43,143 nt of DNA from an uncultured Clostridia bacterium (GCA_947624885.1 CANQMD010000002.1:1-43143), one strand, 5' to 3'. Shown: positions 8,382-18,026, counted from the first letter of the stretch. Notes: generated by a model not told the origin, from the letters alone. Numbers and translations: made by a program.

Positions 8382-9623
8382 TTGAACAAAATTTCTCTTG
8401 ACGATGCAAAAAAGCAATATCTGCGACTCAAGTCCCTCAACAGGCAAGTCGACATGACGCGCGGCAGACCCGCGACGGAACAGTTCGCGGTGGGTATGCG
8501 CATGCTCAAGGACGCGGATTCTCTGCAATATACATATGCGGGCGGGGACGCCCGCAATTACGGCGATCTGAAGGGTATCCCTTCCGCAAGGCGGTTGTTT
8601 GCGCAACTCTTCGGCGTTGACTATGACAACGTGATCGTGCTTGACGGCAGTTCGCTGTCCATCATGTACAGGCTGATCGCAAACGCCATGTTCTTTGGCG
8701 TCATGGGCGAAAAGCCGTGGAAGGATCAAGGCAAGATCAAGTTTTTGTGTCCCGCGCCCGGCTACGATCGGCACTTTGCCATCTGCGAGGAGTTCGGCAT
8801 CGAGATGGTCGTCGTCCCGATGCATGCGGACGGCCCCGATATGGATATGATCCGACATGCGGTGCAGTCCGACGCTTCCGTCAAGGGGGTGTGGTGCGTA
8901 CCCAAATATTCCAATCCCACGGGCGCGATCTTCAGCGACAGCGTAGTTGACCAATTCGCGTCGCTCAAGCCCGCTGCAAAGGATTTCAGGATATTCTGGG
9001 ACAACGCCTACATCATACATTCGCTGACGGGCGAGGATCATCATCTCAAAAACATCTTTGAGGCGGCAAAGGCGTACGGAGGCGAGGATCTCGTGTACGA
9101 GTTTACGTCCACGTCCAAGATCACATTCGCGGGCAGCGGCGTTGCGGCGCTTGCGGCGAGCGGCAACAACATCGAGGACTTCCTTTCGCATCTGAAGTTC
9201 GAGATGATCAATCCAAACAAGGTCAATCAAGTCATGCACGTCGCGTTTTTGAAGGACGTTGACAACATCAAGTCCATCATGCGGCAGCATGCCGCCGTGC
9301 TGGGGCCGAAGTTCGCGCTTGTAGACAGACGGCTTGAGGATGCTTTTGGCAAAGACGACGAGTATGTCAGCTGGTCAAAGCCGCTTGGGGGCTATTTTGT
9401 ATCCCTCAACGTGAAGGGCGTCGCCTCGCAAGTCGCCTCGCTTGCCAAGGAGGCGGGGGTCAAATTCACCGCCGCAGGGGCGACCTATCCTTACTCTCGC
9501 GATCCGTACAATACCAACATCCGCATTGCGCCAAGCATTCCCACGCTTGACGAACTTGATTTTGCCATGGACGTGCTCATCGCGTCCATAAATCTCGCGC
9601 TTGCCCAAAAGGCGGACGATTGA
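8382..9623 (+). CDS. PLP-dependent aminotransferase (class I/II fold)
   Basis: N-terminal motif DMTRGRPATEQ and a PLP-lysine context FTSTSKITFAGSG. I prefer the TTG start at 8382, preceded by GGGAGG at 8369-8374, over the ORF-track start at 8325. Confidence 0.75.
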   Translation: MNKISLDDAKKQYLRLKSLNRQVDMTRGRPATEQFAVGMRMLKDADSLQYTYAGGDARNYGDLKGIPSARRLFAQLFGVDYDNVIVLDGSSLSIMYRLIANAMFFGVMGEKPWKDQGKIKFLCPAPGYDRHFAICEEFGIEMVVVPMHADGPDMDMIRHAVQSDASVKGVWCVPKYSNPTGAIFSDSVVDQFASLKPAAKDFRIFWDNAYIIHSLTGEDHHLKNIFEAAKAYGGEDLVYEFTSTSKITFAGSGVAALAASGNNIEDFLSHLKFEMINPNKVNQVMHVAFLKDVDNIKSIMRQHAAVLGPKFALVDRRLEDAFGKDDEYVSWSKPLGGYFVSLNVKGVASQVASLAKEAGVKFTAAGATYPYSRDPYNTNIRIAPSIPTLDELDFAMDVLIASINLALAQKADD

Positions 9624-9687
9624 CGTTCGCCCGCGCGCCCGCGCTTTCAAGGTTATTATGCAAAATCGATATATGTTCACACTTATG

Positions 9688-9722
9688 CCGCTCCTCCGTT
9701 TTGCGAGAGCGGTTTTTATTTT
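9688..9722 (+). terminator. Weak intrinsic terminator after the aminotransferase gene
   Basis: CCGCTC / GAGCGG 6-bp stem with a 13-nt loop, followed by TTTTTATTTT. Confidence 0.4.
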
Positions 9723-9805
9723 CTTTACATATATGTTTTCACTCCAACAATTTATTTTGCAATTGTCCCGCATGCAAGCAAAATCGACAAGTTTTTGAAT
9801 GTCGG

Positions 9806-9834
9806 TCATAACGCAATATCCGACGGCATACATT
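9806..9834 (+). promoter_or_regulatory. Sigma-E-type promoter upstream of spoIVA
   Basis: TCATAAC (9806-9812), a 14-nt spacer, then CATACATT (9827-9834). This matches the B. subtilis sigma-E consensus as I recall it (kmATATT-N14-CATACAnT). spoIVA is sigma-E-dependent in B. subtilis. Confidence 0.55.
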
Positions 9835-9859
9835 TTAGCAAACAGTATTGGAGGAGTTT

Positions 9860-11326
9860 ATGGATAAATTCGATCTCTATCGCGATATTGCCTCACGCAC
9901 AGGGGGCGACATTTATGTTGGGGTAGTGGGGCCGGTGCGCACGGGCAAGTCCACGCTCATAAAGCAAGTGATGCAACAGCTGATCGTGGACGGCATAGCG
10001 GATCCCGACGAGCGCACTCGCGCGATCGACGAAATGCCGCAGTCGGCGGACGGCAGAACGATCATGACCACGCAGCCGCGATTTGTGCCCAACGAGGCGG
10101 TCAGCGTCCCTGTCGGCGACAACATGACGGTGAATATGCGCCTGATCGACTGCGTAGGCTATCTTGTTGCGGGAGCGCTCGGCGCGGAGGAGGACGGCAA
10201 GGAGCGTATGGTTTCAACGCCGTGGTCTGACGATCAGATCCCGTTTTCAAAGGCGGCGGAGATCGGGACGGAAAAGGTGATCAAGGAGCACAGCACGATC
10301 GCGCTTGCGGTGACCACCGACGGCAGTTTCACAAACATCTCGCGCGACGAGTACGTCGAGGCGGAGGAACGCGCGATAGGCGAGTTGAAGGAATGCGGCA
10401 AGCCTTTTGCCATTGTGCTCAACGTGCTCGATCCTTACGCGGACAGCGCCATTGCGCTGAAAGAGGAACTCGAGCGCAAGTATGACGCGCCCGTCCTGCT
10501 CAAAAACGTCGCGGAAATGACAGAGAGCGACATCATCGAAATTTTGGAAACCGTCCTGCTTGAATTTGCCGTGACGATGATCAACTTTGACCTGCCGCGC
10601 TGGGTGCAGGCGTTGCCTCTTGACAGCGACGTCGTGCGGGAATTGCTTGACGCGGTGCGCTCGGCGGGCGAAAAGATCGTCAAAATGCGCGACCACGAGC
10701 ACATAGACGCGCTGTTCGCTTCGGCGGACTATTGGCAGGAGCCATCCTCCGTCAAACTTGACGCGGGCACGGGCACAGTGCAGGTCGCGATAAAGCCCAG
10801 GGACGGCGTATTTTTCAAAGTTGCAAGCGAGGAATGCGGCATAGAGTTGACCGACAGTTTCGATCTGCTCTCGCACCTCAAAAAGCTGACAAAAGGCAGG
10901 GACAGGATAGAAAAATTGCAAGCGGCGATGGAGCAGGTCGACGCGTTCGGCTACGGCATAGTTCTTCCCACCATGGACGAGATGGAACTTGAGGAGCCGG
11001 AGATCCTCAGGCAGGGGCAGCAGTACGGCGTAAAACTCAAAGCGCACGCGCCGTCGTTGCACATCATGAAGGTCGACGTTCAAACGGAGGTCAGCCCGCT
11101 TGTCGGCAGCGAGCAGCAAAGCAAGGACCTCGTTGACGGCATGCTCGCGGATTTTGAAACGGACAAGCAGGCGATCTGGGACACCAACATCTTTGGCAGA
11201 ACGCTCAGTTCGATGGTGGCGGACGGCATAAGCAACAAGTTGCGCACCGTTCCCGCCGACGCGGAGCAAAAACTCCGCAAGACTCTCGGCCGCATAGTCA
11301 ACGAAGGCAAGGGCGGCGTGATATGA
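9860..11326 (+). CDS. spoIVA: Stage IV sporulation protein A (spore coat morphogenetic ATPase)
   Basis: The sequence DLYRDIASRTGGDIYVGVVGPVRTGKSTLIK (Walker A) and overall colinearity fit SpoIVA. I prefer the ATG at 9860, 5 nt after GGAGGAG, over the TTG at 9848. Confidence 0.93.
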   Translation: MDKFDLYRDIASRTGGDIYVGVVGPVRTGKSTLIKQVMQQLIVDGIADPDERTRAIDEMPQSADGRTIMTTQPRFVPNEAVSVPVGDNMTVNMRLIDCVGYLVAGALGAEEDGKERMVSTPWSDDQIPFSKAAEIGTEKVIKEHSTIALAVTTDGSFTNISRDEYVEAEERAIGELKECGKPFAIVLNVLDPYADSAIALKEELERKYDAPVLLKNVAEMTESDIIEILETVLLEFAVTMINFDLPRWVQALPLDSDVVRELLDAVRSAGEKIVKMRDHEHIDALFASADYWQEPSSVKLDAGTGTVQVAIKPRDGVFFKVASEECGIELTDSFDLLSHLKKLTKGRDRIEKLQAAMEQVDAFGYGIVLPTMDEMELEEPEILRQGQQYGVKLKAHAPSLHIMKVDVQTEVSPLVGSEQQSKDLVDGMLADFETDKQAIWDTNIFGRTLSSMVADGISNKLRTVPADAEQKLRKTLGRIVNEGKGGVI

Positions 11327-11360
11327 ATCTTGCTGTGATGCGACTCAAGTCAAACTTCCA

Positions 11361-11390
11361 CTCCCCCGATGTCGTCGAGGGAGTTTTTTT
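11361..11390 (+). terminator. Intrinsic terminator after spoIVA
   Basis: CTCCCCCGA / TCGAGGGAG stem with one mismatch and a 5-nt loop, followed by seven T. Confidence 0.6.
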
Positions 11391-11400
11391 ATACGTCGAC

Positions 11401-11650
11401 CAATGCGCTCTCCATTTTGCGCCGCGCTTTGTATCCGAGGCAGGCGCATATTTTTGGTTTTGGAATTGCGTTATGCGCAACGGCAAACAAAACGTATCTG
11501 CGGACGATCGCAAAATTTGGTATTGAAAATTGCGTCATACGCAACTGCTAGCGGTTTGTATCTTGCCGATCGCAAATTTTATATTTTGAGAATTGGGTGA
11601 TAAAAAACTGCGAGCAGATCGTATTTTGGGGACGATCGCATATTTTTGGG
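11401..11650. repeat. Degenerate tandem repeat, about 62-bp unit, 4 copies
   Basis: Units start near 11401, 11463, 11525 and 11588. Shared blocks are GAAxATTGCGTnATnCGCAAC ... GTATCT ... CGATCGCAnAnTTT. Internal palindromes are TTGCGTTATGCGCAA (11466-11480) and TTGCGTCATACGCAA (11530-11544). Confidence 0.75.
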
Positions 11651-11651
11651 A

Positions 11652-11705
11652 CAAAAAAACGATCCCGCTTGCGAAGCGAAACGCTTGTTGCGCAATCGGG
11701 ATCGT
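11652..11705 (-). terminator. Intrinsic terminator of the protease gene
   Basis: Compound hairpin with outer arms ACGATCCCG / CGGGATCGT and inner pairings TTGCG/CGCAA and AAGCG/CGCTT. On the minus strand it is followed by TTTTTTTGT. Confidence 0.6.
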
Positions 11706-11778
11706 CGTCGACCGTGGAAAGGGAGGATAGGAAACGGTCGGCGAAATATATTCATGCCTTTTGGGCAGGAATATCAAT

Positions 11779-12900
11779 TCAATTCGCGGGGATGACGTAT
11801 TTGCAGTTGATGTCCAACGCCGCATTTGACGTGTTGTTTTCGCGGCGGCTTGCCCAAGTCAAAAACTCGTGCAGGGTGGCGGCGGAAAGCGCAAAGCCCA
11901 TATTGTCAATGCTTTCTTCCACCAATTTTGATTCCGCAACGCCAACGACAACGCCCTGTTTGTCGATCATCGGTCCGCCGGAGTTGCCGCTGTTCAGCGC
12001 CGCGTCTGTCAGGATAAACTTGCCATTGCCCCAGCTGCTGACCTCTATGCCCGTCTGGGACACGCAACCCGTCGACACGCTGTTTGTCGATCCCACGCCT
12101 TCGGGATTGCCTATCAACGCGATAGGCGAGCCGGGTTTGGTGTAGTCGGATGCCGCGATCATCAAAGAGGGGTGAGCCTCTTCGGACGGTTGTTCTCCCT
12201 TGACTTTCAACACTGCGAGGTCGGGCTGATCCATTTCGGGGTCGAGGTTGTCGTCCTTGTAGCTGCCGTAGGCGACGATATCAAGTTGATACACCGTTTC
12301 GTCGTTGTCAAAAATTGCGATGATCTTGGCAAAACTTTCCCAATAATATTCCGTTCTGCCTCCGAAAAATCCTCCGGAAACAGTTCTTGTCGCGGCGTAT
12401 CTCACGCAGTGCGCGTTTGTGACAAGATATCGCTCGGTGTGCGTTTCGTCCCTGTCCGTGATCAAAAATGCGGTCGCCATCGCCGCCGCGCCGTTGCCTG
12501 TTGCGGATTTGTACATATACAAGCGGGCAACTCCGCTCGCTTTTGTCGCCGCGACTTCGCCCACCGTTGAACTCAACGCTTGCAGTGCGCCTTGAGTCGC
12601 GCTGTTTGTCACGTCGTCGATGATGTTCGAGCCTCCCAGCGCGTCCTGCACTGCGCTTGAGTACTGATCCTTTGTCTGTTGAGCGATCAAGTCGGCATAT
12701 TCCTTTGCGATGCTGTCCTTCAACGTCGCCAGCAAGATCACGTTTACGATCACGACAAGCGTCATGATCACGGCGATGATAATGCTTATCACAAGCGCCA
12801 CGTTCGTCTTTGATCTATGCGGCGTTTCGGGCGTGTGATAGATGGGAGTTCGTTCGGGCTGTCTACGCTGATCGTCGAAAAAGTTGTTGAAATCGTCCAT
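11779..12900 (-). CDS. Membrane-anchored trypsin-like serine protease (S1C/HtrA-like, no PDZ domain)
   Basis: 373 aa with an N-terminal TM helix (VALVISIIIAVIMTLVVIVNVILLA). The catalytic triad contexts are TNAHCV, DLAVLKV and GNSGGPM. Confidence 0.8.
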   Translation of the reverse strand: MDDFNNFFDDQRRQPERTPIYHTPETPHRSKTNVALVISIIIAVIMTLVVIVNVILLATLKDSIAKEYADLIAQQTKDQYSSAVQDALGGSNIIDDVTNSATQGALQALSSTVGEVAATKASGVARLYMYKSATGNGAAAMATAFLITDRDETHTERYLVTNAHCVRYAATRTVSGGFFGGRTEYYWESFAKIIAIFDNDETVYQLDIVAYGSYKDDNLDPEMDQPDLAVLKVKGEQPSEEAHPSLMIAASDYTKPGSPIALIGNPEGVGSTNSVSTGCVSQTGIEVSSWGNGKFILTDAALNSGNSGGPMIDKQGVVVGVAESKLVEESIDNMGFALSAATLHEFLTWASRRENNTSNAALDINCKYVIPAN

Positions 12901-13072
12901 ATCTGTCCTCTGTTTATTTATACAGCAAATGTTAGTACATTATACTTAAATTATCATTAAAAGCAAGCATATCCTCATCAAATATTTAAAAAAAAGGCGG
13001 GCATTTTTTCGCCAAAATTATTTATGATCGCGCCTCCCGCGTCTTTCAAATCGCCGATGTTCGGCGCAACAG

Positions 13073-13101
13073 TTGACTCAGGCGCTCCGATTTGTTAAAA
13101 T
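13073..13101 (+). promoter_or_regulatory. Sigma-A-type promoter of degV
   Basis: TTGACT (13073-13078), a 17-nt spacer, then TAAAAT (13096-13101). Confidence 0.55.
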
Positions 13102-13129
13102 AATCAAAAATAATGCCGAGGAGGTTATT

Positions 13130-13993
13130 ATGGCAACAATTTTTTGCGATACCGACAGTGAGTTGTACTACACTCACGCCAACAAATACGGTCTTGAAGT
13201 CATTCGGATGCCTTACAATCTCGACGGGGAGGAAAAACTTGCCGATCTTGGCGAAACATTTGACCCCAAGCAGTTTTTCGACAGTATGAGAGCGGGCGCA
13301 AAGGCTTCCACAGCGGGCCTCAACGAGGAGGTCTATTACGACATTTTCAAGCCTTTCTTCGAAAAGGGCGAAGACATCCTCTACATCGCGTTTTCTTCCA
13401 AGATGTCAAAGACCTTCGACTATCTTGATATTGCGATCAACCGTCTTACGACCGAATATCCCAACGTAAAATATCGTCGCTTTGACACTCTCAACATCTG
13501 TCTTGGCACGGGCATATTGGTGTATCTTGGCGCCAAGTATTGCCGCGAGCACGGCGACGACATCGACGCGACCTATGATTATCTTGAAAGCATTCGCGAC
13601 AGAGCGGGCATCTATTTCAGCGTTGAAGACATGAAGTATCTCGCCCGCGGCGGCAGGATCGCGCCCGCAAAGGCAAAGATAGGCAACCTCATGAACATCA
13701 AACCCGTGCTCACCGTCATCGACGGCAAACTCGACGTGTGCAAAAAGTGCAACGGCATCTCAAAAGCCGTCGACTACATGCTCGATACTTTTGAGCAACT
13801 TTACGATCCAAGCATAGACGCGCCCGTCATCATCCTCGATGCCGACAACCCCGCCCGCGCCGATGAAATGGAACGCAGGGTCAGGGCAAATCATCCCGAC
13901 GCGGAGATCTGGCGCAACGCGATCGGTCCCGTCGTCGGCGCACACGCAGGCCCCGGCACGCTTGGGATCATCTACATGACAAAGGCTCGTTGA
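13130..13993 (+). CDS. DegV family fatty-acid-binding protein
   Basis: DegV-like sequence from MATIFCDTDSEL through STAGLN and YLARGGRI. I prefer the ATG at 13130, after GAGGAGG, over the ORF-track start at 13073. Confidence 0.9.
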   Translation: MATIFCDTDSELYYTHANKYGLEVIRMPYNLDGEEKLADLGETFDPKQFFDSMRAGAKASTAGLNEEVYYDIFKPFFEKGEDILYIAFSSKMSKTFDYLDIAINRLTTEYPNVKYRRFDTLNICLGTGILVYLGAKYCREHGDDIDATYDYLESIRDRAGIYFSVEDMKYLARGGRIAPAKAKIGNLMNIKPVLTVIDGKLDVCKKCNGISKAVDYMLDTFEQLYDPSIDAPVIILDADNPARADEMERRVRANHPDAEIWRNAIGPVVGAHAGPGTLGIIYMTKAR

Positions 13994-14057
13994 GTTTAAA
14001 AGGGCAGGGGAGTCGACTTTCCGCGCCTCTTCAGCCAAACAAGCGCAAAAACCAATT

Positions 14058-14098
14058 GAAAAATGCGGTCGCGACACAAGTGTTGCAACCGCATTTTT
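14058..14098. terminator. Bidirectional terminator between degV and the murG operon
   Basis: AAATGCGGT / ACCGCATTT arms with an inner GCGACA/TGTTGC extension. An A-run lies upstream and TTTTT downstream. The site sits between convergent genes. Confidence 0.65.
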
Positions 14099-14124
14099 GA
14101 TAAACCGTTTCGATCATATTTTTT

Positions 14125-14562
14125 TCACACAAGCAGCGCTATTCCGCCTTTCGCCGACCTGACAAAGCCTTCCAGCCCCGGTATCGGGATGAGCAGTTTG
14201 AACAGCAACAGCAGCACGATCAGCATTCCCACGGCGATGATAAACGCGTTTATGCTGAAAAAGAAGGACAGCCTTGCGATGGGTTTGTTTGTGTTTGCGC
14301 CCGCAACTCCAAACACCAGACCAACAAAGGCCAGCGCCGCGCCGATCGCAAGCACCAACAGCACCGCGTTGATCGGATGCGCCGTCTTAAACATATTCGG
14401 CATGACAAACATGTTCAGCGCCCCCAGCGCCACAAGTATTACCGCCGCGATCGACAGCCCAAACCCCGTCATCAGCACGGCTCTCCTCGCGCCCATATTG
14501 CTGTAGACAGGTTTTTGCTCCTGCACGGTCTGCTTTTTTTTCTTGTCTTTATCTTTGCCCAT
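14125..14562 (-). CDS. Small polytopic membrane protein, unknown function
   Basis: 145 aa with a lysine-rich N-terminus followed by about four hydrophobic helices. It is the last gene of the murG cluster. There is no clear SD sequence, so the start is uncertain. Confidence 0.55.
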   Translation of the reverse strand: MGKDKDKKKKQTVQEQKPVYSNMGARRAVLMTGFGLSIAAVILVALGALNMFVMPNMFKTAHPINAVLLVLAIGAALAFVGLVFGVAGANTNKPIARLSFFFSINAFIIAVGMLIVLLLLFKLLIPIPGLEGFVRSAKGGIALLV

Positions 14563-14580
14563 ACGGTCATTATAGTATAT

Positions 14581-15900
14581 TTATTTTTCTATGTCAATCA
14601 CAAAGTAGATGTCGCTTCCTCCAAAACTCATGTCGGCAAAGTCGCTCTCCTCCGCGCTGTACGCTATGGATATTCCTCCGTCTTTTGATATTATCCGCGC
14701 GTTGAAAGCGCCCTTCAGAGCAAGCGACGGCAGCAAACTTTCTCCGTCAAAGTCAAGCAGGGTCAACCCGTCCTCGTCTATGCAGTACAGCGTCCCGAAC
14801 GACGTGGCAAACACATTTTTATTTTCTGTCTTAACAGGCGCTGTCGCGGTGAGTTCGAGGTGCGAGCAAAGCGTCAACACGCTTTTGTCGCTCACCACCG
14901 TGACGTTTGTCCCCGTCTTCAAAAGCGCCGCCGATCTTGCGCCCTCCACGGGCACTTTCGCAAAGTCCTCTCCGCTCTCGCTCAAGCCGTAAACCGTATA
15001 TCCGTCGTCTGACGACGCAAGCAGCGCAAAGGTCTGTTTGCTTTCCGTCTTTATGGGCAGTATTTGCACAAAAGCGCAGTTCAACAATTCATTTTGACAG
15101 TTAAACCCATTGTTTGCGGAATATGTATAAATCGCGATCCCGTTTTCTGTCTGCAAAAATATCAGGTCCGCCGTCCCGCAAGGCATGACGCAAGCAATGT
15201 TTGCGCCCTCGATCTGCGCGCTGCGATTGCTCTTTGCAACGCTCAACGTGCGCGACACCGTGCACACCCCCAAGCGGTCCTTTTCTGTCACGTAAAGTTT
15301 GAGAGCGCCGTCGCTTGTGAACAGTTTGTAGTCCTCATATCTTTGCGTGGCAGCCTTCAAAGTCACATTCATATCCCTGTCCACAAGTCTGAGTATCGTC
15401 TGCGAACTGTCGCGCGTGACCACAAGCAATCCTCCCGCGCTCAGCGTGCAATCCACGTACTCCTCGTTTTGGGATATGAAGTGAGTGGATCTCAACGCGC
15501 CGTCCTTCACCAACGCCAGGTGCAGACCCGTTTGCTGAACGTCGTGCTCCTCCGACAGGCTTTCAAACACCAAAATGTCGTAGCCGTAGCAGCAGATGCA
15601 GTCAAGCAGCGCGTCGTCGCCCTCTCCGCCTATGTTCAGCGCCTTTATTCCGTTTACAAGCGTCGCTTCGCGCGGGAAGGTCGAGTATTGCGGGATATGC
15701 GGCGTTTCGTCGCTCGCGGGCGGAAGTTCGACTTCGGGAGGAGTTTGTTGATCCGTATTGTTTTGATCCTGTGCGCCCGCGACGTTATTGACGGGTGTTT
15801 TCCCGTCCAAAACCGCGCCTAGCGCTATGTAGCTTGCCACCGCGACGGTGAGCAGAAGCAACACTGCAAGCCATTTGGCTATCGTTTTTTGTTTTTGCAT
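14581..15900 (-). CDS. Membrane-anchored extracytoplasmic protein, unknown function
   Basis: 439 aa with an N-terminal anchor (WLAVLLLLTVAVASYIALGAV), a low-complexity Q/P/E linker, then a beta-rich-looking domain of about 370 aa. A GAGGTG RBS is present. The start overlaps the murG 3' end by 22 nt. Confidence 0.7.
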   Translation of the reverse strand: MQKQKTIAKWLAVLLLLTVAVASYIALGAVLDGKTPVNNVAGAQDQNNTDQQTPPEVELPPASDETPHIPQYSTFPREATLVNGIKALNIGGEGDDALLDCICCYGYDILVFESLSEEHDVQQTGLHLALVKDGALRSTHFISQNEEYVDCTLSAGGLLVVTRDSSQTILRLVDRDMNVTLKAATQRYEDYKLFTSDGALKLYVTEKDRLGVCTVSRTLSVAKSNRSAQIEGANIACVMPCGTADLIFLQTENGIAIYTYSANNGFNCQNELLNCAFVQILPIKTESKQTFALLASSDDGYTVYGLSESGEDFAKVPVEGARSAALLKTGTNVTVVSDKSVLTLCSHLELTATAPVKTENKNVFATSFGTLYCIDEDGLTLLDFDGESLLPSLALKGAFNARIISKDGGISIAYSAEESDFADMSFGGSDIYFVIDIEK

Positions 15901-16970
15901 TTTTCACCTCGCCTTATGCTATCACAGATAGCGTCCGCAATTTTTCCGTTTGCGTTCGAGGCGATGGCGCACATTGGCTGATTTTGCAAAGCATTTTCTA
16001 TCGAGGGGATGAGGTTGACAAAAAAGTTCGCGTCCTGACATAACGTCGTTGCGCCGTATTCCTCGGCGAGTTCCGCGTTGAAGATCTGATCTCCGCGCGA
16101 GATACCTTTTGGCAGGGGAACAAACACCGCGCGTTTTTTCAAAGCGGATATTTCAAACACCGCGGTCGCGCCCGCTCGCGACAGCACCACGTCCGCGGCG
16201 GCGTAAAAGTCGCCTATTCTGTCCGCGTAGTCAAAGCACTTGTAGTTTGAGCGTTCAACGCGTTGTCCGCTTTTGCCCAGGACGTGCACCACAAAATAGC
16301 GTTCGGTCAGCAAGTCGATCGCTTTCAGCACCTCGTCGTTTATGAATTTTGCTCCCGATGAGCCGCCCAGCACCAACAGCGTAGGCAGGCTCGTCCGTAT
16401 TCCCAGGCGGCGCTTTGCGTCGTCGCGGTTTATGCCAAACAGCGAGTTTCGCAATGGCATACCCACAAACGTCCCGTCAAACTTGGCGTGAGGATTTGCT
16501 TTGAGCATAGTCGCGCCCGCGTGCGCGGCGATCTTGTTCGCAACGCCCAAAGTCAGGTCTGACTCGTGCGCGACGACGGGTATCCCCAACCGTTTTGCCG
16601 CCAGCACCGTAGGCACTGACGCAAACCCTCCCTTTGAAAACACCGCGTCGGGAGAGATGTGTTTAAGCACATCCTCGGCTTTGTTGACCGCGCGGCAGAG
16701 CAAGATGGGGATCTTCAGATTGTTTTTGATCGCGGACGGCGACATCGAACGCACAAGTTTCACCGTAGGCACGCCGTAGTAGTTGAGTCCCTCGGCGGAA
16801 GCGAGGCGTTTTTCGGGCGTATCGCCCTCGCCCCCGATATAGGCAACGTCCATTCCGCGCCTGTTGAGTTCGGGCAGCAGCGCGAGGTTTGGGTAGATGT
16901 GCCCACCCGTACCTCCGCCCGTCAGCGCGACGACGCGCGATCCAAAGCAGTTCAAAAAGGCGGTATCCAT
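15879..16970 (-). CDS. murG: UDP-N-acetylglucosamine--N-acetylmuramyl-(pentapeptide) pyrophosphoryl-undecaprenol GlcNAc transferase
   Basis: 363 aa with the motif ALTGGGTGGHIYPNLAL and an overall GT28 MurG layout. Confidence 0.9.
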   Translation of the reverse strand: MDTAFLNCFGSRVVALTGGGTGGHIYPNLALLPELNRRGMDVAYIGGEGDTPEKRLASAEGLNYYGVPTVKLVRSMSPSAIKNNLKIPILLCRAVNKAEDVLKHISPDAVFSKGGFASVPTVLAAKRLGIPVVAHESDLTLGVANKIAAHAGATMLKANPHAKFDGTFVGMPLRNSLFGINRDDAKRRLGIRTSLPTLLVLGGSSGAKFINDEVLKAIDLLTERYFVVHVLGKSGQRVERSNYKCFDYADRIGDFYAAADVVLSRAGATAVFEISALKKRAVFVPLPKGISRGDQIFNAELAEEYGATTLCQDANFFVNLIPSIENALQNQPMCAIASNANGKIADAICDSIRRGEKCKNKKR

Positions 16971-17014
16971 GTTGTTTATAGTATGACAAACTCGCGCAAA
17001 AGTTTTCTTGACTA

Positions 17015-17043
17015 TTGAAATTTGTGCGTTTGTGTGCTATATT
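17015..17043 (+). promoter_or_regulatory. Sigma-A-type promoter of the hydrolase gene
   Basis: TTGAAA (17015-17020), a 17-nt spacer, then TATATT (17038-17043). Confidence 0.5.
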
Positions 17044-17088
17044 TCATATGACAACAAATATAACGCGCATACGCGCAAGGGAGAAACT

Positions 17089-18003
17089 ATGAAAAATATC
17101 CAACTGACCAGGGACGGAACATTGCTTCAGTGTTACCTTTGGGACGACGTGACCGACGCAAAGGGCGTCGTGCAGATCTCGCACGGCATGGCGGAGCACG
17201 CAAGCCGTTATGACAATTTCGCCAAGTTTTTAAACGCGAACGGCTACATCGTGTTTGCGGACGATCATCGTGCGCACGGCGAAACAAGCAAAAGCGCCTC
17301 GCAAAAGGGCGTCAAGGGCTATCATCCCGGCGACATCTACAACGACACCGTTGCGGACGAAGTGTACATCACATCCTATCTCAAACAGCAATACGGGCTT
17401 CCCGTCGTCTATTTGGGGCACAGCTACGGCAGTATGGTGGGGCAGAGATACATCGAGGAGTGCGCCGAGCACACGGGCGCGATCCTATGCGGCTCGGCGA
17501 TGATGAAGGGCGCGTTGCTCAACGTAGGCGTTTGCGTCAGCGGCATGCAGTATGCGTTGCTTGGCGGCGAAAAGACGGGCAAGATGTTGGACGCGCTCAC
17601 CTTTGGCAGCTACAACAAGCCGTTCAAGGCGGAGGGCGAATTTGGCTGGCTCTCCCGCGACCGCGAGCAGGTGCAAAAATATCTGGACGACGAGGAGTGC
17701 GGCTACGTCATGTCCATCGCGTTCTTCAAGTATTTCCTCAGCGGGCTCAAAAAGGCTTACAAAAAGGAAAATCTTGCCAAGATCGACCTCAAAAAGCCCA
17801 TCGGCATATTCTCCGGCGATCAGGACCCCGTGGGCGGCAACGGCAAACTTGTCAAAAAGCTGTACGAGCAGTACAAGGCGCTTGGCGTTGAGGACGTGAC
17901 CCTCAAGCTGTACGAGGGCGGCCGCCACGAGATCCTCAACGAAACCAACAATCAGGATGTCTACGCTGATTTCCTCGCGCGTATAGAGTCAATGACAAAG
18001 TGA
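17089..18003 (+). CDS. Alpha/beta hydrolase (lysophospholipase/monoacylglycerol-lipase-like)
   Basis: Nucleophile elbow GHSYGS, plus HGMAEH early in the sequence and GGRHE near the C-terminus. I prefer the ATG at 17089, after AAGGGAG, over the ORF-track start at 17008. Confidence 0.85.
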   Translation: MKNIQLTRDGTLLQCYLWDDVTDAKGVVQISHGMAEHASRYDNFAKFLNANGYIVFADDHRAHGETSKSASQKGVKGYHPGDIYNDTVADEVYITSYLKQQYGLPVVYLGHSYGSMVGQRYIEECAEHTGAILCGSAMMKGALLNVGVCVSGMQYALLGGEKTGKMLDALTFGSYNKPFKAEGEFGWLSRDREQVQKYLDDEECGYVMSIAFFKYFLSGLKKAYKKENLAKIDLKKPIGIFSGDQDPVGGNGKLVKKLYEQYKALGVEDVTLKLYEGGRHEILNETNNQDVYADFLARIESMTK

Positions 18004-18026
18004 ATTTGTTTTAGGCACGGACGTTT

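Noticed and set aside
11327-11778. Small ORFs in the spoIVA-protease intergenic region (11323-11526, 11369-11551, 11403-11600, 11535-11825, 11597-12145).
   Set aside because: They overlap the 62-bp tandem repeats and the two terminators in several frames. They have no RBS and an odd composition.
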